From the NCBI GenBank assembly GCA_965261595.1, contig CBDHDG010000006.1, forward strand, positions 1,216,001 through 1,280,000: 64,000 bases of DNA, read 5' to 3'. The DNA comes from a bacterium (GTDB taxonomy: Bacteria; UBA8248; JACPRG01; G963555815). This document shows, one piece after another, positions 40,623 to 51,065 of this stretch; the stretch's first letter is position 1, and each line of letters opens with the position of its first letter. Below the pieces are notes generated by a model. The model searched no databases and was not told where the DNA came from. It saw only the letters and a list, made by a program, of their open reading frames with translations. A program made the translations under genes and the position numbers.

Positions 40623-41289
40623 TCAGTCCAACAAAACCCTAGAGCGGGGGAGAGGCGTCTAAATTCGCTGAATGCGCACAGGAAGGCAGGACAAGCGCGC
40701 GCATGGAGCACAGGGCACCATCGGTGCGTGGGGTGTGAGAGTGAACCGCCGACTGGCGTTCCTACCCCTGCTTCCTCAACCGCCAAACGCTCGGATCTTG
40801 CAAGCCGTTGTGTGATCGGTGGTTAGCCCGAGCGGCGCTTGAGCGGCAGCGTCCACCGCGCATGTGGGGAAACGTCTCCCGCCCCGTTGCGCGACTTCCA
40901 AGCGTCACTATAGGAAGCGCTAGGGAACAAATCAATGCATGGGGATTTGCGCACCGGCGGCGACACATGCTCGGCCCGCACCGCAGAACCGGGCGTTGCA
41001 CACGTTGCCGCTCCGTAAAACCGTTGGCGTTCTTCGCGGCTCGGCTGGGGCACCGCTGATCACTGGATGCGGATGCAGGCGATCTACGAGCTTGCGTTGA
41101 CGCGCCGGAACTGGACTTCTACCGAGCTACCGAACGGCGCGTGGGTGCGATGCACGCATGATGCTGTCTCGTGCCTGCGCCGCGGGACAGGCAGCCGTCC
41201 GTTTACCGGTGCCGCTTCCAGTCAAAGGCACAGTCGGGTGAATGACGTGAGGGTGAATTCGACGGCTGAAACGTATATGTAAGGTGAAG

Positions 41290-42732
41290 GAGCCTGTCCC
41301 ATTCATAGTTGAAGGTTGAGAAAAAGAGGTGGCGGTTCACTCCTGCCGACTCGGTTAGAATCGGGTTGGCAAACATTCAAAGAGGAGGAACCGCCATGAG
41401 TGAAGCTTACCAGATCATCGAGAAGAAAGAGACCCAAAGGTTGGCCGCCTTTGTGGCGGAGCACGGGCAGGCGTTTTTTCCTCTGGTGTCGCTGGTGGAG
41501 CAGTCCCAACTGGCGGTGGAGGACCTGATGGACGTCATGGGCCGGGCGGGCCTGGAGGCCGTGCTTTTGCTGTCGGCCAAGGGCTTGACGGGCGCGCCGC
41601 ATCCAGGCAAGCGGGGTGGCGAGGTCCGCCGGCACGGCAGCCAGGGGGGCCGGGTGACCCTGAAGGGGCGCAAGCTGAAGGTGAGAAAGCCGCGGCTTCG
41701 CCGCCGGGGCCAGGGTCGGGGCGGGGAGGTGGAGGTGCCGGCGTATGCGGCCATGCAGGCCGACCCCGGGCTGGGGGAGCGGATGCTGGATTTGCTGATG
41801 CGAGGGGTCTCGACGCGGAACTACGCGGCCGTTCTTCCCGAGCTGGCCGAGACGGTGGGGGTGTCGAAGTCGGCCGTGAGCCGGGAGAGCATCGAGGCGG
41901 CCGAGGCGAAGCTGCGGCGTCTTTGTGAGCGGCGTTTTGACGACATCGACCTCCTCATCCTCTACCTGGACGGTCTGCGCTTCGGCGCGCATCACGTCAT
42001 CGTGGCCGTTGGGGTGGACACACGGGGCCAAAAGCACGTTCTGGGCCTGAGGTCGGGCGCCACCGAGAACGCCACGGTCGTGACGGCGCTTCTTGAGGAG
42101 TTGGTGGAGCGCGGCGTGCGGCCCGGGCGGCGTCGGCTTTTTGTCATCGACGGCTCGAGGGCGCTTCGTGCGGCGATTGACCGGGTGTACGGGGACGACA
42201 ATCCGGTGCAGCGGTGCCGCAACCACAAGGTGAAGAACGTGATGGACCACCTGCCAGAGGAGTTGAAGGATCCGGTGAAGGCGACGATGAAGGCGGCCTG
42301 GCGGCTGGCGCCGAAGGAGGGGATTGCCCGTCTGCGCAAGCAGGCCCGGTGGCTTCAGATCGAGCATCCGGACGCGGCCGCCAGCCTTTTGGAGGGTCTG
42401 GAGGAGATCTTCACCGTCAACCGCTTGGCTCTTCCGCCCGGCCTTCGGCGCTGCCTGGTGAGCACGAACCTGATCGAGAGTCCCTGTTCGGGGGTGCGGA
42501 TGCGCACCCGGCGCGTCGGCCGCTGGCGGGACGGGGCGATGGTGAAAAGGTGGGCCGCTTCCGCCTTCCTCGCCACCGAGAAGAACTTCCGTCGCCTGGA
42601 CGGCTACCGGGACCTGTGGATCCTGAAGGCCGTTCTGGACGAGCCCCGCTTTGACACCCGAGAGGAGGTCGCATAAGGTGAACCACACACGGACCGCCGC
42701 CTCAAACCTTCAACTGAATTCGGGACACCCTC
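41290..42732 (+). mobile_element. Complete IS256-family element
   Basis: IRs GAGCCTGTCCC..AGTTGAAGGTTGAG and CTCAAACCTTCAACT..GGGACACCCTC; 8-bp target duplication AGGTGAAG at 41282-41289 and 42733-42740. Confidence 0.95.
41396..42676 (+). CDS. IS256-family transposase
   Basis: GVSTRNY, YLDG, VIDGS, QRCRNHK, STNLIES. Confidence 0.95.
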   Translation: MSEAYQIIEKKETQRLAAFVAEHGQAFFPLVSLVEQSQLAVEDLMDVMGRAGLEAVLLLSAKGLTGAPHPGKRGGEVRRHGSQGGRVTLKGRKLKVRKPRLRRRGQGRGGEVEVPAYAAMQADPGLGERMLDLLMRGVSTRNYAAVLPELAETVGVSKSAVSRESIEAAEAKLRRLCERRFDDIDLLILYLDGLRFGAHHVIVAVGVDTRGQKHVLGLRSGATENATVVTALLEELVERGVRPGRRRLFVIDGSRALRAAIDRVYGDDNPVQRCRNHKVKNVMDHLPEELKDPVKATMKAAWRLAPKEGIARLRKQARWLQIEHPDAAASLLEGLEEIFTVNRLALPPGLRRCLVSTNLIESPCSGVRMRTRRVGRWRDGAMVKRWAASAFLATEKNFRRLDGYRDLWILKAVLDEPRFDTREEVA

Positions 42733-42781
42733 AGGTGAAGGCCGACACCTTCACAGTTCGGTTCAAATTTTCAAATTGGAG

Positions 42782-43768
42782 ATGATGATGATTTACGCAT
42801 TGAGGATATCCGACGACGCAGAGGTTGTAGGAAGCGTGTTCAATTCGCTGCAGGGCGGGGAAGGACGATTTGGTTGGAGTTACGTCCAGACAGCCGACCT
42901 TCGGAAGTTGCGCGAGCGGGTCAACGAACGCGGCTGGGAGTCGCTCACCGAGGAAGAGAAGGATTGCTATCAGGCTTTTCTGCTGGATCTGCAAGACGGC
43001 GACCATGTCGTTTACATAAACGTGCCCGAATGGGGCCAATGCACCTTGGCCACAGTGGCGGGGGAATACGAATGGCGGTTCGAAAACGATGACTTCAATC
43101 ACCGGTTCCCGGTGGATCCGCAGTCGGTCAGAACGTTCAAGCGAAAGGCCGACATCGTCGCGGCGGCGCTTAGCCGGCGGCTGAGCCTGCAAGGCAGATG
43201 GTGGAGGGTTTACGCAGAGCAGGAATTCGATCGGTTGCTCGAATCGTTACGCGAGGGCGTCGTACCTGGAGAGCGAACCGCCGAGACAAATGTCAAGGAA
43301 CTGGCGCAGCAACTCCGGCCAAAGCTTATAGAGATTGCAGGGACAATTCAGCACACGCACCCCGGTAAGGATCTCGAAGCACTGATGGAGCGAGTGTTCC
43401 GAAACGTGCCGGGCGTGAGGGAAGTGAGGCGGCAGCAAGGAAGAGCGGATCACGGGGCCGATCTTGTGGTGGAAATGGAATACAGAACGATACCTGGTCT
43501 GGTGGAAGCGAGGACGTTGGTGGTGCAAGTCAAGTCCTTTTGGAACGAGCTCGTGAAAACGAAGGCAGTTAAAGATATAAGGCGAGCATTCGAGCACCAT
43601 AGCGACGCGGATATGGGATTGATAGTTTCGACTGCGAAACGTGCCGATGAGGACTTTGAACGCGCGCTGGAGAAACTGCAGGAAGAAATCAAGAAACCCG
43701 TATCCTTGCTGATCGGGGCGGATCTGGCAGCGTTTGTCTTGCGCTATGGAGAGGCGCTTTTGGAGTAA
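42782..43768 (+). CDS. Mrr-like (type IV) restriction endonuclease with unrecognised N-terminal domain
   Basis: DLEALMERVF..DHGADLVV..LVVQVKS..AVKDI..GLIVST..LLIGADL; start among tandem ATGs 42782-42788. Confidence 0.78.
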   Translation: MMMIYALRISDDAEVVGSVFNSLQGGEGRFGWSYVQTADLRKLRERVNERGWESLTEEEKDCYQAFLLDLQDGDHVVYINVPEWGQCTLATVAGEYEWRFENDDFNHRFPVDPQSVRTFKRKADIVAAALSRRLSLQGRWWRVYAEQEFDRLLESLREGVVPGERTAETNVKELAQQLRPKLIEIAGTIQHTHPGKDLEALMERVFRNVPGVREVRRQQGRADHGADLVVEMEYRTIPGLVEARTLVVQVKSFWNELVKTKAVKDIRRAFEHHSDADMGLIVSTAKRADEDFERALEKLQEEIKKPVSLLIGADLAAFVLRYGEALLE

Positions 43769-43846
43769 ACGGGGAGGCGATCAGGACGACCTATACGCAC
43801 GCACAGGGCGTAAGAAAAAGATGGCCTCAAGTTGGTAAATTTGAGG

Positions 43847-43981
43847 CTACAGCCAGTCCGATGTCAATAGGCGAAGTCGATTCTCGGTCATCGCCTCCGC
43901 AATGATGCTTCCCACCTTTTCCGCCGCTTCGACAAGATGCCCGTCAGCGAGGTGGGCGTAACCCGCCGTGGTCTGGTGCCG
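43847..43981 (-). pseudogene. C-terminal fragment of a tyrosine integrase
   Basis: Manual translation RHQTTAGYAHLADGHLVEAAEKVGSIIAEAM...*, cut off at the IS21 left end. Confidence 0.8.
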
Positions 43982-44109
43982 CTGTAAACGGCGGTGTAAA
44001 ACTGTCCCACTGAGGCGGTCGGACATTCTGGCCGCGGCGGTCTAAAGATGGACCGCTCTTTGGTCTTCCTTCAGGTTGTGCAGGATACGACCTGAAGGGA
44101 GGCTGGAGG

Positions 44110-45609
44110 ATGTACTCAGTGGAACTGTACGCACGGGTTCGGCACGCCTGCCACGTAGAAGGGATGAGCATCCGTGAAGCGGCGCGGGCGTTTGGTTTGC
44201 ACCGGGACACGGTGCGCAAGATGCTGCGGTTTTCGATACCGCCCGGGTATCAGCGGAGTCATCCCCGGGCGAGGCCGAAGCTGGATCCGTTTACGGGTGT
44301 GATCGACCACATCGTGGAGGGGGACCGGAAGTGTGTGAGGAGACAGCGTCACACAGCCAAGCGGATCTTCGAGAGGCTGCGCGATGAGCACGGTTTCACG
44401 GGCGGTTACAGCATCGTGAAGGACTACGTGCGGGAGCGGCGGTTGCGGTCCCAGGAGATGTTCGTTCCCCTGGTCCACCCACCCGGCCATGGCCAGGCGG
44501 ATTTTGGCGAGGCCCTGGCGGAGATTGCCGGGGTGGAGGGGAAGGTATCGTTTTTCACCTTCGATTTGCCCCACAGCGACATGGGTTTCGTGAAGGCCTA
44601 TCCTGCGGAGAGGACCGAATCCTTCTGCGACGGTCATAACGCGGCCTTCGCCTTCATCGGCGGTGTCTCCCACAGCATTCTCTACGACAACACCAAGCTT
44701 GCGGTGGCGCGCATCCTGGGCGCTGGGAAGCGTCAGCGCACCCGGGCCTTTAGTGAGTTGCAGTCCCACTACCTGTTCAAAGAACGTTTTGGCCGTCTGG
44801 GCAAGCCGAATGACAAGGGGAAGGTCGAGAACCTAGTGGGCTATGTCCGGCGGAACTTTTTCGTTCCCATCCCGCGCTTTGAGAGCTTCGAGGCCCTCAA
44901 TGCCCACCTGGAGGAGCAGTGCCGGAAGCGGTGGGGAGCCCGCCTGCGTGGGCACAGAGAGAGCATCGGCGAGCGCTTTGAGCGGGACCGGCAGGTCCTT
45001 TTGCCGTTGCCGCCGGTGCCGTACGACGCCTGTGAGAAGAGCGGTACGCGGGTGAGCTCTCTGTCTTTGGTGCGCTACCGGGGCAACGACTACTCGGTTC
45101 CCGTGGCTTACGGCCACCGTGAGGTGCTGGTTCGGGGCTACGTGCACGAGGTGGTCATCACCTGCGGGACGGAGGAGATTGCCCGTCACCGGCGCTCCTA
45201 CGAGTGGGAGGACCTGGTCTTCAACCCGCTGCATTACCTGGCGCTGATTGAGAAGAAGATCGGTGCACTGGATCAGGCGACGCCCCTGGCCGGGTGGGAG
45301 TTGCCCGAGGCATTCGGCACGCTGCGCAGGCTGCTTGAAGCGCGCATGGGCAAGGCCGGCAAGCGGGAGTACGTCCAGGTCCTGCGGCTGCTCGAGACGT
45401 TCGGGTTGGAGGAAGTTGACGCCGGGGTCCGGGATGCCCTGCGGCTGGGAACCATCGGCTTCGATGCGGTCAAACACCTGATGCTGTGCCGCATCGAGCG
45501 CAGGCCTGCCCGGCTGAACCTGGAGCTCTATCCCTATCTGCCGCGCGCCCGGGTTGGGACAACCTCCGCCCGGGCCTACCTGGACCTGCTCACGGGGGTG
45601 CGGCCGTGA
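44110..45609 (+). CDS. istA: IS21 transposase
   Basis: HTAKRIFERLRDEHGF, QADFG, YDN, KGKVENLVG. Confidence 0.95.
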   Translation: MYSVELYARVRHACHVEGMSIREAARAFGLHRDTVRKMLRFSIPPGYQRSHPRARPKLDPFTGVIDHIVEGDRKCVRRQRHTAKRIFERLRDEHGFTGGYSIVKDYVRERRLRSQEMFVPLVHPPGHGQADFGEALAEIAGVEGKVSFFTFDLPHSDMGFVKAYPAERTESFCDGHNAAFAFIGGVSHSILYDNTKLAVARILGAGKRQRTRAFSELQSHYLFKERFGRLGKPNDKGKVENLVGYVRRNFFVPIPRFESFEALNAHLEEQCRKRWGARLRGHRESIGERFERDRQVLLPLPPVPYDACEKSGTRVSSLSLVRYRGNDYSVPVAYGHREVLVRGYVHEVVITCGTEEIARHRRSYEWEDLVFNPLHYLALIEKKIGALDQATPLAGWELPEAFGTLRRLLEARMGKAGKREYVQVLRLLETFGLEEVDAGVRDALRLGTIGFDAVKHLMLCRIERRPARLNLELYPYLPRARVGTTSARAYLDLLTGVRP

Positions 45610-46397
45610 AGGAGACTCCCCAGGTGCTCCTGGCCCATCACCTCAAGGCGCTCAAGCTGCCCACCTTCGGGAGGGAATACGACAAGGTCGCCCGGCAGTG
45701 CGCCACCGAGGGGGTCGACCCCGTGCGTTTTTTGATGCGCCTGTCCGAGCTGGAGCTGATTGACCGGGAGCGCCGGATGGTGGAGCGGCGAATCAAGGCG
45801 GCGCGCTTCCCGGCGGTCAAGAGCCTGGAGCGCTTCGACTTCCTGGCTCTGCCCTCCCTCAACAAGACGCTGGTTGTGGAACTGGCGAGGTGTGAGTACA
45901 TCGAACGGCGCGAGAACGTGATTGCCCTGGGCAACAGCGGCACAGGCAAGACCCACATCGCTCTGGGTCTCGGGCTTACGGCGTGTCAGAAGGGGTTGTC
46001 CGTCGGCTTCACAACCGCCGCCGCGCTGGTCAACGGGTTGCTCGAAGCGCGTGACGAAAGGCGTCTGCTGCGCCTTCAGAAGCAACGGGCCGCCTACAAG
46101 CTTCTGATCATCGATGAACTGGGCTTCGTGCCCCTGTCCAAGACCGGCGCCGAACTGCTGTTCGAGGTCTTCAGCCAGCGCTATGAGCGCGGCTCTATCC
46201 TGGGGACGAGCAACCTGCCGTTCGACGAGTGGACCGAGATCTTCGGCTCCGAGCGGCTGACCGGCGCCCTGCTCGACCGCCTGACGCATCACGTCCACAT
46301 CCTGGAGATGAACGGCGAAAGCTATCGGCTCAGGCAAAGTAGGAAACGGCGCTCAAACAAACAAGCAAAGCCTCAAGACTCCGTCCCAATGGAGTGA
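45606..46397 (+). CDS. istB: IS21 helper ATPase
   Basis: GNSGTGKTH, IIDELG, LLDRLTHH; GTGA overlap with istA. Confidence 0.95.
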   Translation: MKETPQVLLAHHLKALKLPTFGREYDKVARQCATEGVDPVRFLMRLSELELIDRERRMVERRIKAARFPAVKSLERFDFLALPSLNKTLVVELARCEYIERRENVIALGNSGTGKTHIALGLGLTACQKGLSVGFTTAAALVNGLLEARDERRLLRLQKQRAAYKLLIIDELGFVPLSKTGAELLFEVFSQRYERGSILGTSNLPFDEWTEIFGSERLTGALLDRLTHHVHILEMNGESYRLRQSRKRRSNKQAKPQDSVPME

Positions 46398-46494
46398 GGC
46401 CACAACCCAGGAAGGGGGCCCATGGGCCCCCTTCTTCACACACCAGGTGGGACACTTGCCGCCACGCCGGTACACTTTTACTCCGCCCTTGACA

Positions 46495-47255
46495 AGCGGG
46501 CCGTGATGGGCTCCAACAACTTTCGCCACCCATCGGCGCTGTGAACGTTGCCCGGACGCAACATCGCCCCCTCGCAGTCCCCAAACGGGTTGAAGCAGAA
46601 TAAGGGATGGTAGCAGAGGGAACCGAAGTGACCGTTATAGGCAGTCCCTTCCTGCTGTCCGTGCACCCGGCTTTCCGAGCTATCCATGTCCAGGATGACC
46701 CGCTGATGCGGCGTGCGGCTCATGGCCCGCTCTACCCATTCCGCGTTCAGTTGCCTCAGCCTGCTCAGGTTCTCCTCGCTGCAGAGAACTTCAGTCTCGA
46801 ACCGGCTCCATGTGTTGGTACTGGCCGCCTGCTTCTCAAGTGCCCGCCGGCCAACTACGGCTTGCCTGGCAGGGTCTCTCGCCAATCGCTCGGCATCGTT
46901 GGTGTCCTCGTACCCGGCCAGGCGACTATAGACTGACTGGCGCAATAGCGGCACCAACTCATGCTGGACGTTCCGGTCATGACGGATCTCTTGCAAGTGG
47001 GCTGGCGCTCTCACCGTCAAACCCAGCGCATCATCCAACTCCCGGCAGGCCAGCAATCCTGCATCTGAAGTGATTCTGGCTCCGTGAAAGGCAAGCCTCA
47101 GCCCGCGGTTACAATGGACCCTCAATGCCGTCTTTTTCGCTTCACCCATAGGGTTCCCCCGCGAGAACGTGGCAGGGGGAAGCCAATACGCTGATTTTAC
47201 AAGAGAAAGCGCCTTTCGGTCTGTCGAATCTTATGATCCAAATGGGAAATGCGGG
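46495..47255 (-). pseudogene. IS1380-family element, 5' half only
   Basis: End CCCGCATTTCCCATTTGGATC; ITSDAGLL, GYEDTND, LDMDSS, CYHPL; interrupted at the IS21 right end. Confidence 0.9.
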
Positions 47256-47312
47256 TCCTATTCGTTCACCGCCGAGACCGGAACCTCCGGCGGGAGTCTA
47301 GTTCCGTGGCCG

Positions 47313-47650
47313 TTACTGCCGAACGTCTCGGGTGTATCTGCAATCGGGCCAATTCGTGCATCCTAGGAAGGGGCCGTACTTGCCGCTCCTGCGTTGCAGC
47401 CAGCCGTCGCAGTCCGGGCATCCCTCCATGGCCGACCGCAGTCGCAGCAACGGAACACGCCCTTCGCCTTGACGGGCAATCCCGTCCCGCACAAGCAGGG
47501 CAGGAGGATTGCCTGTGCCCGCAATTGGGCCAGTTCGATCAGCCGTAGAAGGCGCTCCCATCCCGGGCATTCTCGCGTCGCTCAAGCCGTCCCTTGACGC
47601 ATGCCGGACAGGCGACATCGCTTTCCGGTGATCGCCCGAAGACGGTGACA
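47313..47650 (-). pseudogene. Remnant with topoisomerase-type C4 zinc ribbons (3' end of a helicase-like gene)
   Basis: CPDCDGWLQRRSGKYGPFLGCTNWPDCRYTR and, in another frame, CPACVKGRLERR..FYG*SNWPNC. Confidence 0.65.
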
Positions 47651-48081
47651 TCGTACCCAGAGCTGGACCCTTACCGGCTTAGGGATCTCACCGTTCAGCG
47701 CCCCAACTAAGTCTGGGTGGTCGACATCTGTTCTCTCCCGATGACCAAGGGGTTCATGTACTTGAGTTATCCCGTTTTGATGGAAAGGTTATGGTTGTCG
47801 CCCCCGCCCTGAGGTGGGCGACAGCCCGTGGACGTGAGTTTTCCCCAGAATCGGTAGATTTAGGATACCCCCGTCCGAACCACGGGCAGCCCGCGGTGGC
47901 CGAGGGGGTCGAATTCCCACCCACCGAAACATTCACCGCAACGACAACTCACCGCCGCAATTTTCCGACGCGCTCTGCGCCGCGAAGAGGCCGAGCCGGG
48001 CCGTGAGCGGGGCGGCGGACGGATGTCCCGGGGAGGACATCTCCGCCTCTCTCAACCACCGGCCCGTAAGGAGACGGAATC

Positions 48082-48399
48082 ATGCGCACGGTCCAGACCC
48101 ATCCCGGCAACGCAAGCACCTTCCTCACCCACCTGTTCGGCCAAGGTCTCGATGACGACCGCTACGTGGTCGAGCGCTTCCAGTCAATGGCTGACGGCGA
48201 CATCCGGCCCCTGCGCACCGGGGGACCAAGGACCAAGGGCCGGCGCAAGGCGCCGGGGACGGTCGCGTCCCGGCAGGCGGTCCGGAAGATGCGGCCCGTG
48301 CGGGACGAGATCATCATTGCAACCGGAATCAACCTCCGGAACTCCGGGGTCCAGTACTGGGGCTGTAATGTTATCTGGCGGAATATGTTGCAGCGATGA
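48082..48399 (+). CDS. Hypothetical protein (copy 1)
   Basis: RBS AAGGAG; identical translation in copy 2; C-terminal half doubtful. Confidence 0.4.
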   Translation: MRTVQTHPGNASTFLTHLFGQGLDDDRYVVERFQSMADGDIRPLRTGGPRTKGRRKAPGTVASRQAVRKMRPVRDEIIIATGINLRNSGVQYWGCNVIWRNMLQR

Positions 48400-48887
48400 C
48401 AGATTCTTCTGACTGCTATGGAAGAAGTCCGGATCGCCGCAACATAACCTTTTGCAATCATAGGGATTTCAGGAAGGCGAACCGAGCGCAATCGGGTCCC
48501 GGCAATCTTTACAACGCAAGCGGTCTGGTACTGCATTCCGTGCGATGGTGAAGATATCGCCACCCCCGAGCGAGCGGTGCCGCCTGGTATGCCTTGATGG
48601 TGTCCGGTTGTGTGAACAGTTCTTTGGACATAGTCGCGTCTCCCTGTTGGTGGAGGCACGATTACGTGCACAGGTGCCGAAAAATTATGTTGCATGAATT
48701 CTACTCAACCTCCTGCTGGACAGAAGGAATTTTCATCGATGCAACATATGGGCTGGATGGCAACGGGATTGTTCTGCGACCGCAAGCAGAAGCACTGATT
48801 GACGTTCTCTGTCAGGACGTCCTGCCGGCCCGGCGCCGGCCGGGCGTCCGTCGTCCCGATTCCAGCCCCGATGGGAGGCGTCCACAG

Positions 48888-49697
48888 GTGTCCTACAAGA
48901 ACCCCGACAAGGCCCGCGAGCATGACCGGGAACGCTACCGCCGGCTCACCAAAGAGCGCCTCGCCCAAGGCCTGTGCCCCAAATGCGGAAGAGAGCCCCT
49001 TCCTCCCGACTGTAGTCTGTGCCGCTCCTGCGGCGAGAAGCGGCGCAAGGCCGAGCGCGCCCGGTACGCCAAGGGCAAGGCCGCCGGCAGGCTCTACGGA
49101 GGCCGGGATCCCAAGGACTGCCGCAGGCTCGGGCGGGAGAGAAGCAGGAAGCGCCTCCGGGCATGCCGGGCCGCCGGCCTGTGCACGCGATGCGGGAACC
49201 GTCCTCCCGTCCCGGGCGGGGCGACCTGCCGGGCTTGCCGTGACGCCCGGCAAGCGGCCGAACAAGAGCAGTATGCCGCCCGCAGGGCCGAGGGACGGTG
49301 CGGCAGGTGCGGAAGACATGCCCTTGACCGCGCCTCGCGCTGCGGTCCCTGCGCGGCTCTCGAGGCCGGGCGCCATCCACGGAAGAACGCGGCCAGCCGA
49401 AGGCGCTACGCCCATAGGCGTGCGAGGTGGCGTTGCACGGACTGTGGCGAACCCTCTCAGGGAGCGGCGCGGTGCGTGCCGTGCGCGCACCGGTCCTGGG
49501 TGCGGTCGGGCTGGCATCGGGGCCTTCCGATCCTTCCGCCTCGCTACACCGTGATCGAGGTCGCCACGGGCGAGGACCACGGGATCTGGGACAGCTGGGA
49601 GGAGGTGGCCATGTGTCTGGCCTTCGCGCGGCTGTCCCACCAACAGGTGGAGATTATTTCGGATACGTCACCGATGGCGTCTTTTACGGGGCAGTGA
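48888..49697 (+). CDS. Arg-rich tandem CxxC..CxxC (putative zinc-finger) protein, copy 1
   Basis: GTG start after GGAGG; eight CxxC in four repeats. Confidence 0.75.
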   Translation: MSYKNPDKAREHDRERYRRLTKERLAQGLCPKCGREPLPPDCSLCRSCGEKRRKAERARYAKGKAAGRLYGGRDPKDCRRLGRERSRKRLRACRAAGLCTRCGNRPPVPGGATCRACRDARQAAEQEQYAARRAEGRCGRCGRHALDRASRCGPCAALEAGRHPRKNAASRRRYAHRRARWRCTDCGEPSQGAARCVPCAHRSWVRSGWHRGLPILPPRYTVIEVATGEDHGIWDSWEEVAMCLAFARLSHQQVEIISDTSPMASFTGQ

Positions 49698-49810
49698 CCT
49701 CTATGCGCCGGCTCGCCGGGGGTACGTACTGCCGACCTGCCGCCCGCCAGCGGGGGGACCATCACCCGCGCCCCCCGGCGCACCGTCGACCCCTCAAGGG
49801 AGGCCCGCAC

Positions 49811-49993
49811 ATGACCGCGCACACCCTGCCGAAGAACCCCTACTACGCCTTCTCCCCGGCCTACGACCTCGACAACGATCTACAGCAGATCAGAATCGTT
49901 ATCCACGACATGAGCGGCTACATTCCCACCACCCTGGCCGCACGGTCCATGCGCGCCGAGAACGGCACACCGGATAGCAAGACCGTGCAGTGA
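49811..49993 (+). CDS. Small hypothetical protein (copy 1)
   Basis: RBS GGAGG, MTAHTLPKNPYYAFSP. Confidence 0.5.
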   Translation: MTAHTLPKNPYYAFSPAYDLDNDLQQIRIVIHDMSGYIPTTLAARSMRAENGTPDSKTVQ

Positions 49994-50035
49994 GCCGACT
50001 GCATTGCTGCGCAGCCGGCCTGACGTCATCCGGCC

Positions 50036-50302
50036 TCAACCCCGCCGCGCGAGCCACCACCACGCGATCCACACCGGAAGGCTCAAGACCATCGCGTAGT
50101 CGGCGATGACGATTGGGCCAAGCAGTCCCGCCATCAGCGACGCCGTCGACATCAGCAGCATCGATAGCCACATTCGGGGCTCCACCTCCGGCTCCGCCTC
50201 CGGCGCGAAGCGCACCGCCGCCGTCGTGACCACTCCGGCGGGCAGCCACAGGAGCGCCAGCAGCCAGAAGCCGCGCCGCTTGATGAATCCCTGGTCGTCC
50301 AT
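50036..50302 (-). CDS. Small membrane protein (copy 1)
   Basis: MDDQGFIKRRGFWLLALLWLP..., hydrophobic segments; frame kept in both copies. Confidence 0.5.
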   Translation of the reverse strand: MDDQGFIKRRGFWLLALLWLPAGVVTTAAVRFAPEAEPEVEPRMWLSMLLMSTASLMAGLLGPIVIADYAMVLSLPVWIAWWWLARRG

Positions 50303-50564
50303 GCGCCTTATCCGACTCGAAACTCGCACCGCGCGCAAGCCCGAGCGGGTCCGTGTTCGACGACAGCCGGGCGAGGGCGAAGACCGCGCAAGGTCGGCGA
50401 GCGGCTGCCGGCGTCCGTCGCGCCCTCTGAGCTCGCCCCGGGTCCCGTCACCGTCCTTCGAGTCAGAGGGAAGCAAGGGCCGGGCAAACGCCCGGCAGGG
50501 AAGAGGGAGACGGTCTCCCGGTCCCGATGCCGGGAACTGCAATCCCGGAACAGGAGGCCAGCCC

Positions 50565-50705
50565 ATGCTCGACCGTGACCTCGACCTCGAACTCCCCACA
50601 GGTGACGAACTGCTCGCCGAGATCGGCCTCGATTCCCACACCATCCGCAGGATCCTCACCGAAGCGGTCCATGCCGACACCGGCGAAGGAGAGGCGCTTT
50701 CATAG
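50565..50705 (+). CDS. Small acidic protein upstream of ssb (copy 1)
   Basis: RBS AGGAGG, MLDRDLDLELPTGDELLAEIG. Confidence 0.55.
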   Translation: MLDRDLDLELPTGDELLAEIGLDSHTIRRILTEAVHADTGEGEALS

Positions 50706-51065
50706 GGTGAACCGAAGGGGCCGGAGAGAGAGGCTCTCCCCCCTTTTCCGTCACCCGTTGTCTTCCACACCCACACGCAGAAGGAGAACCGTCATGGCAT
50801 TCGGTTTCCGCATGTGGCCCAACCCTACACCGCTCACTGTCCTGTAACATGCTCATATTGAATGTGTTTTAAAGATATTGCCTCGGACAGCGGATACAGC
50901 GTTTCCACGGAGTCAACACTATGCCAACACGGCGCTTCGACCATAGACAGGCGATGGCCTGACGCCGATTGTCGATAGTTATTCGGGAAAACCGCCGTAG
51001 CGGACGAATCCCGCAGATTGTGGAGCGAAAACCCATACCCGAGGTCCGCGGCGGTTGACGGAAGT

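Larger units (their letters stand above)
43983..46494 (+). mobile_element. IS21-family element
   Basis: TGTAAACGGCGGTGTAAAACTGTCCCA ... GTACACTTTTACTCCGCCCTTGACA; istA-istB; no target duplication. Confidence 0.93.
47800..50804 (+). repeat. ~3 kb direct repeat, copy 1
   Basis: Near-identical to 55717-58765; ends just after the ssb start codon (ATGGCATTCGG). Confidence 0.95.

Noticed and set aside
47900..47925. tRNA gene suggested by GGGGTCGAATTCCC
   Set aside because: No cloverleaf, anticodon arm or acceptor stem could be built.
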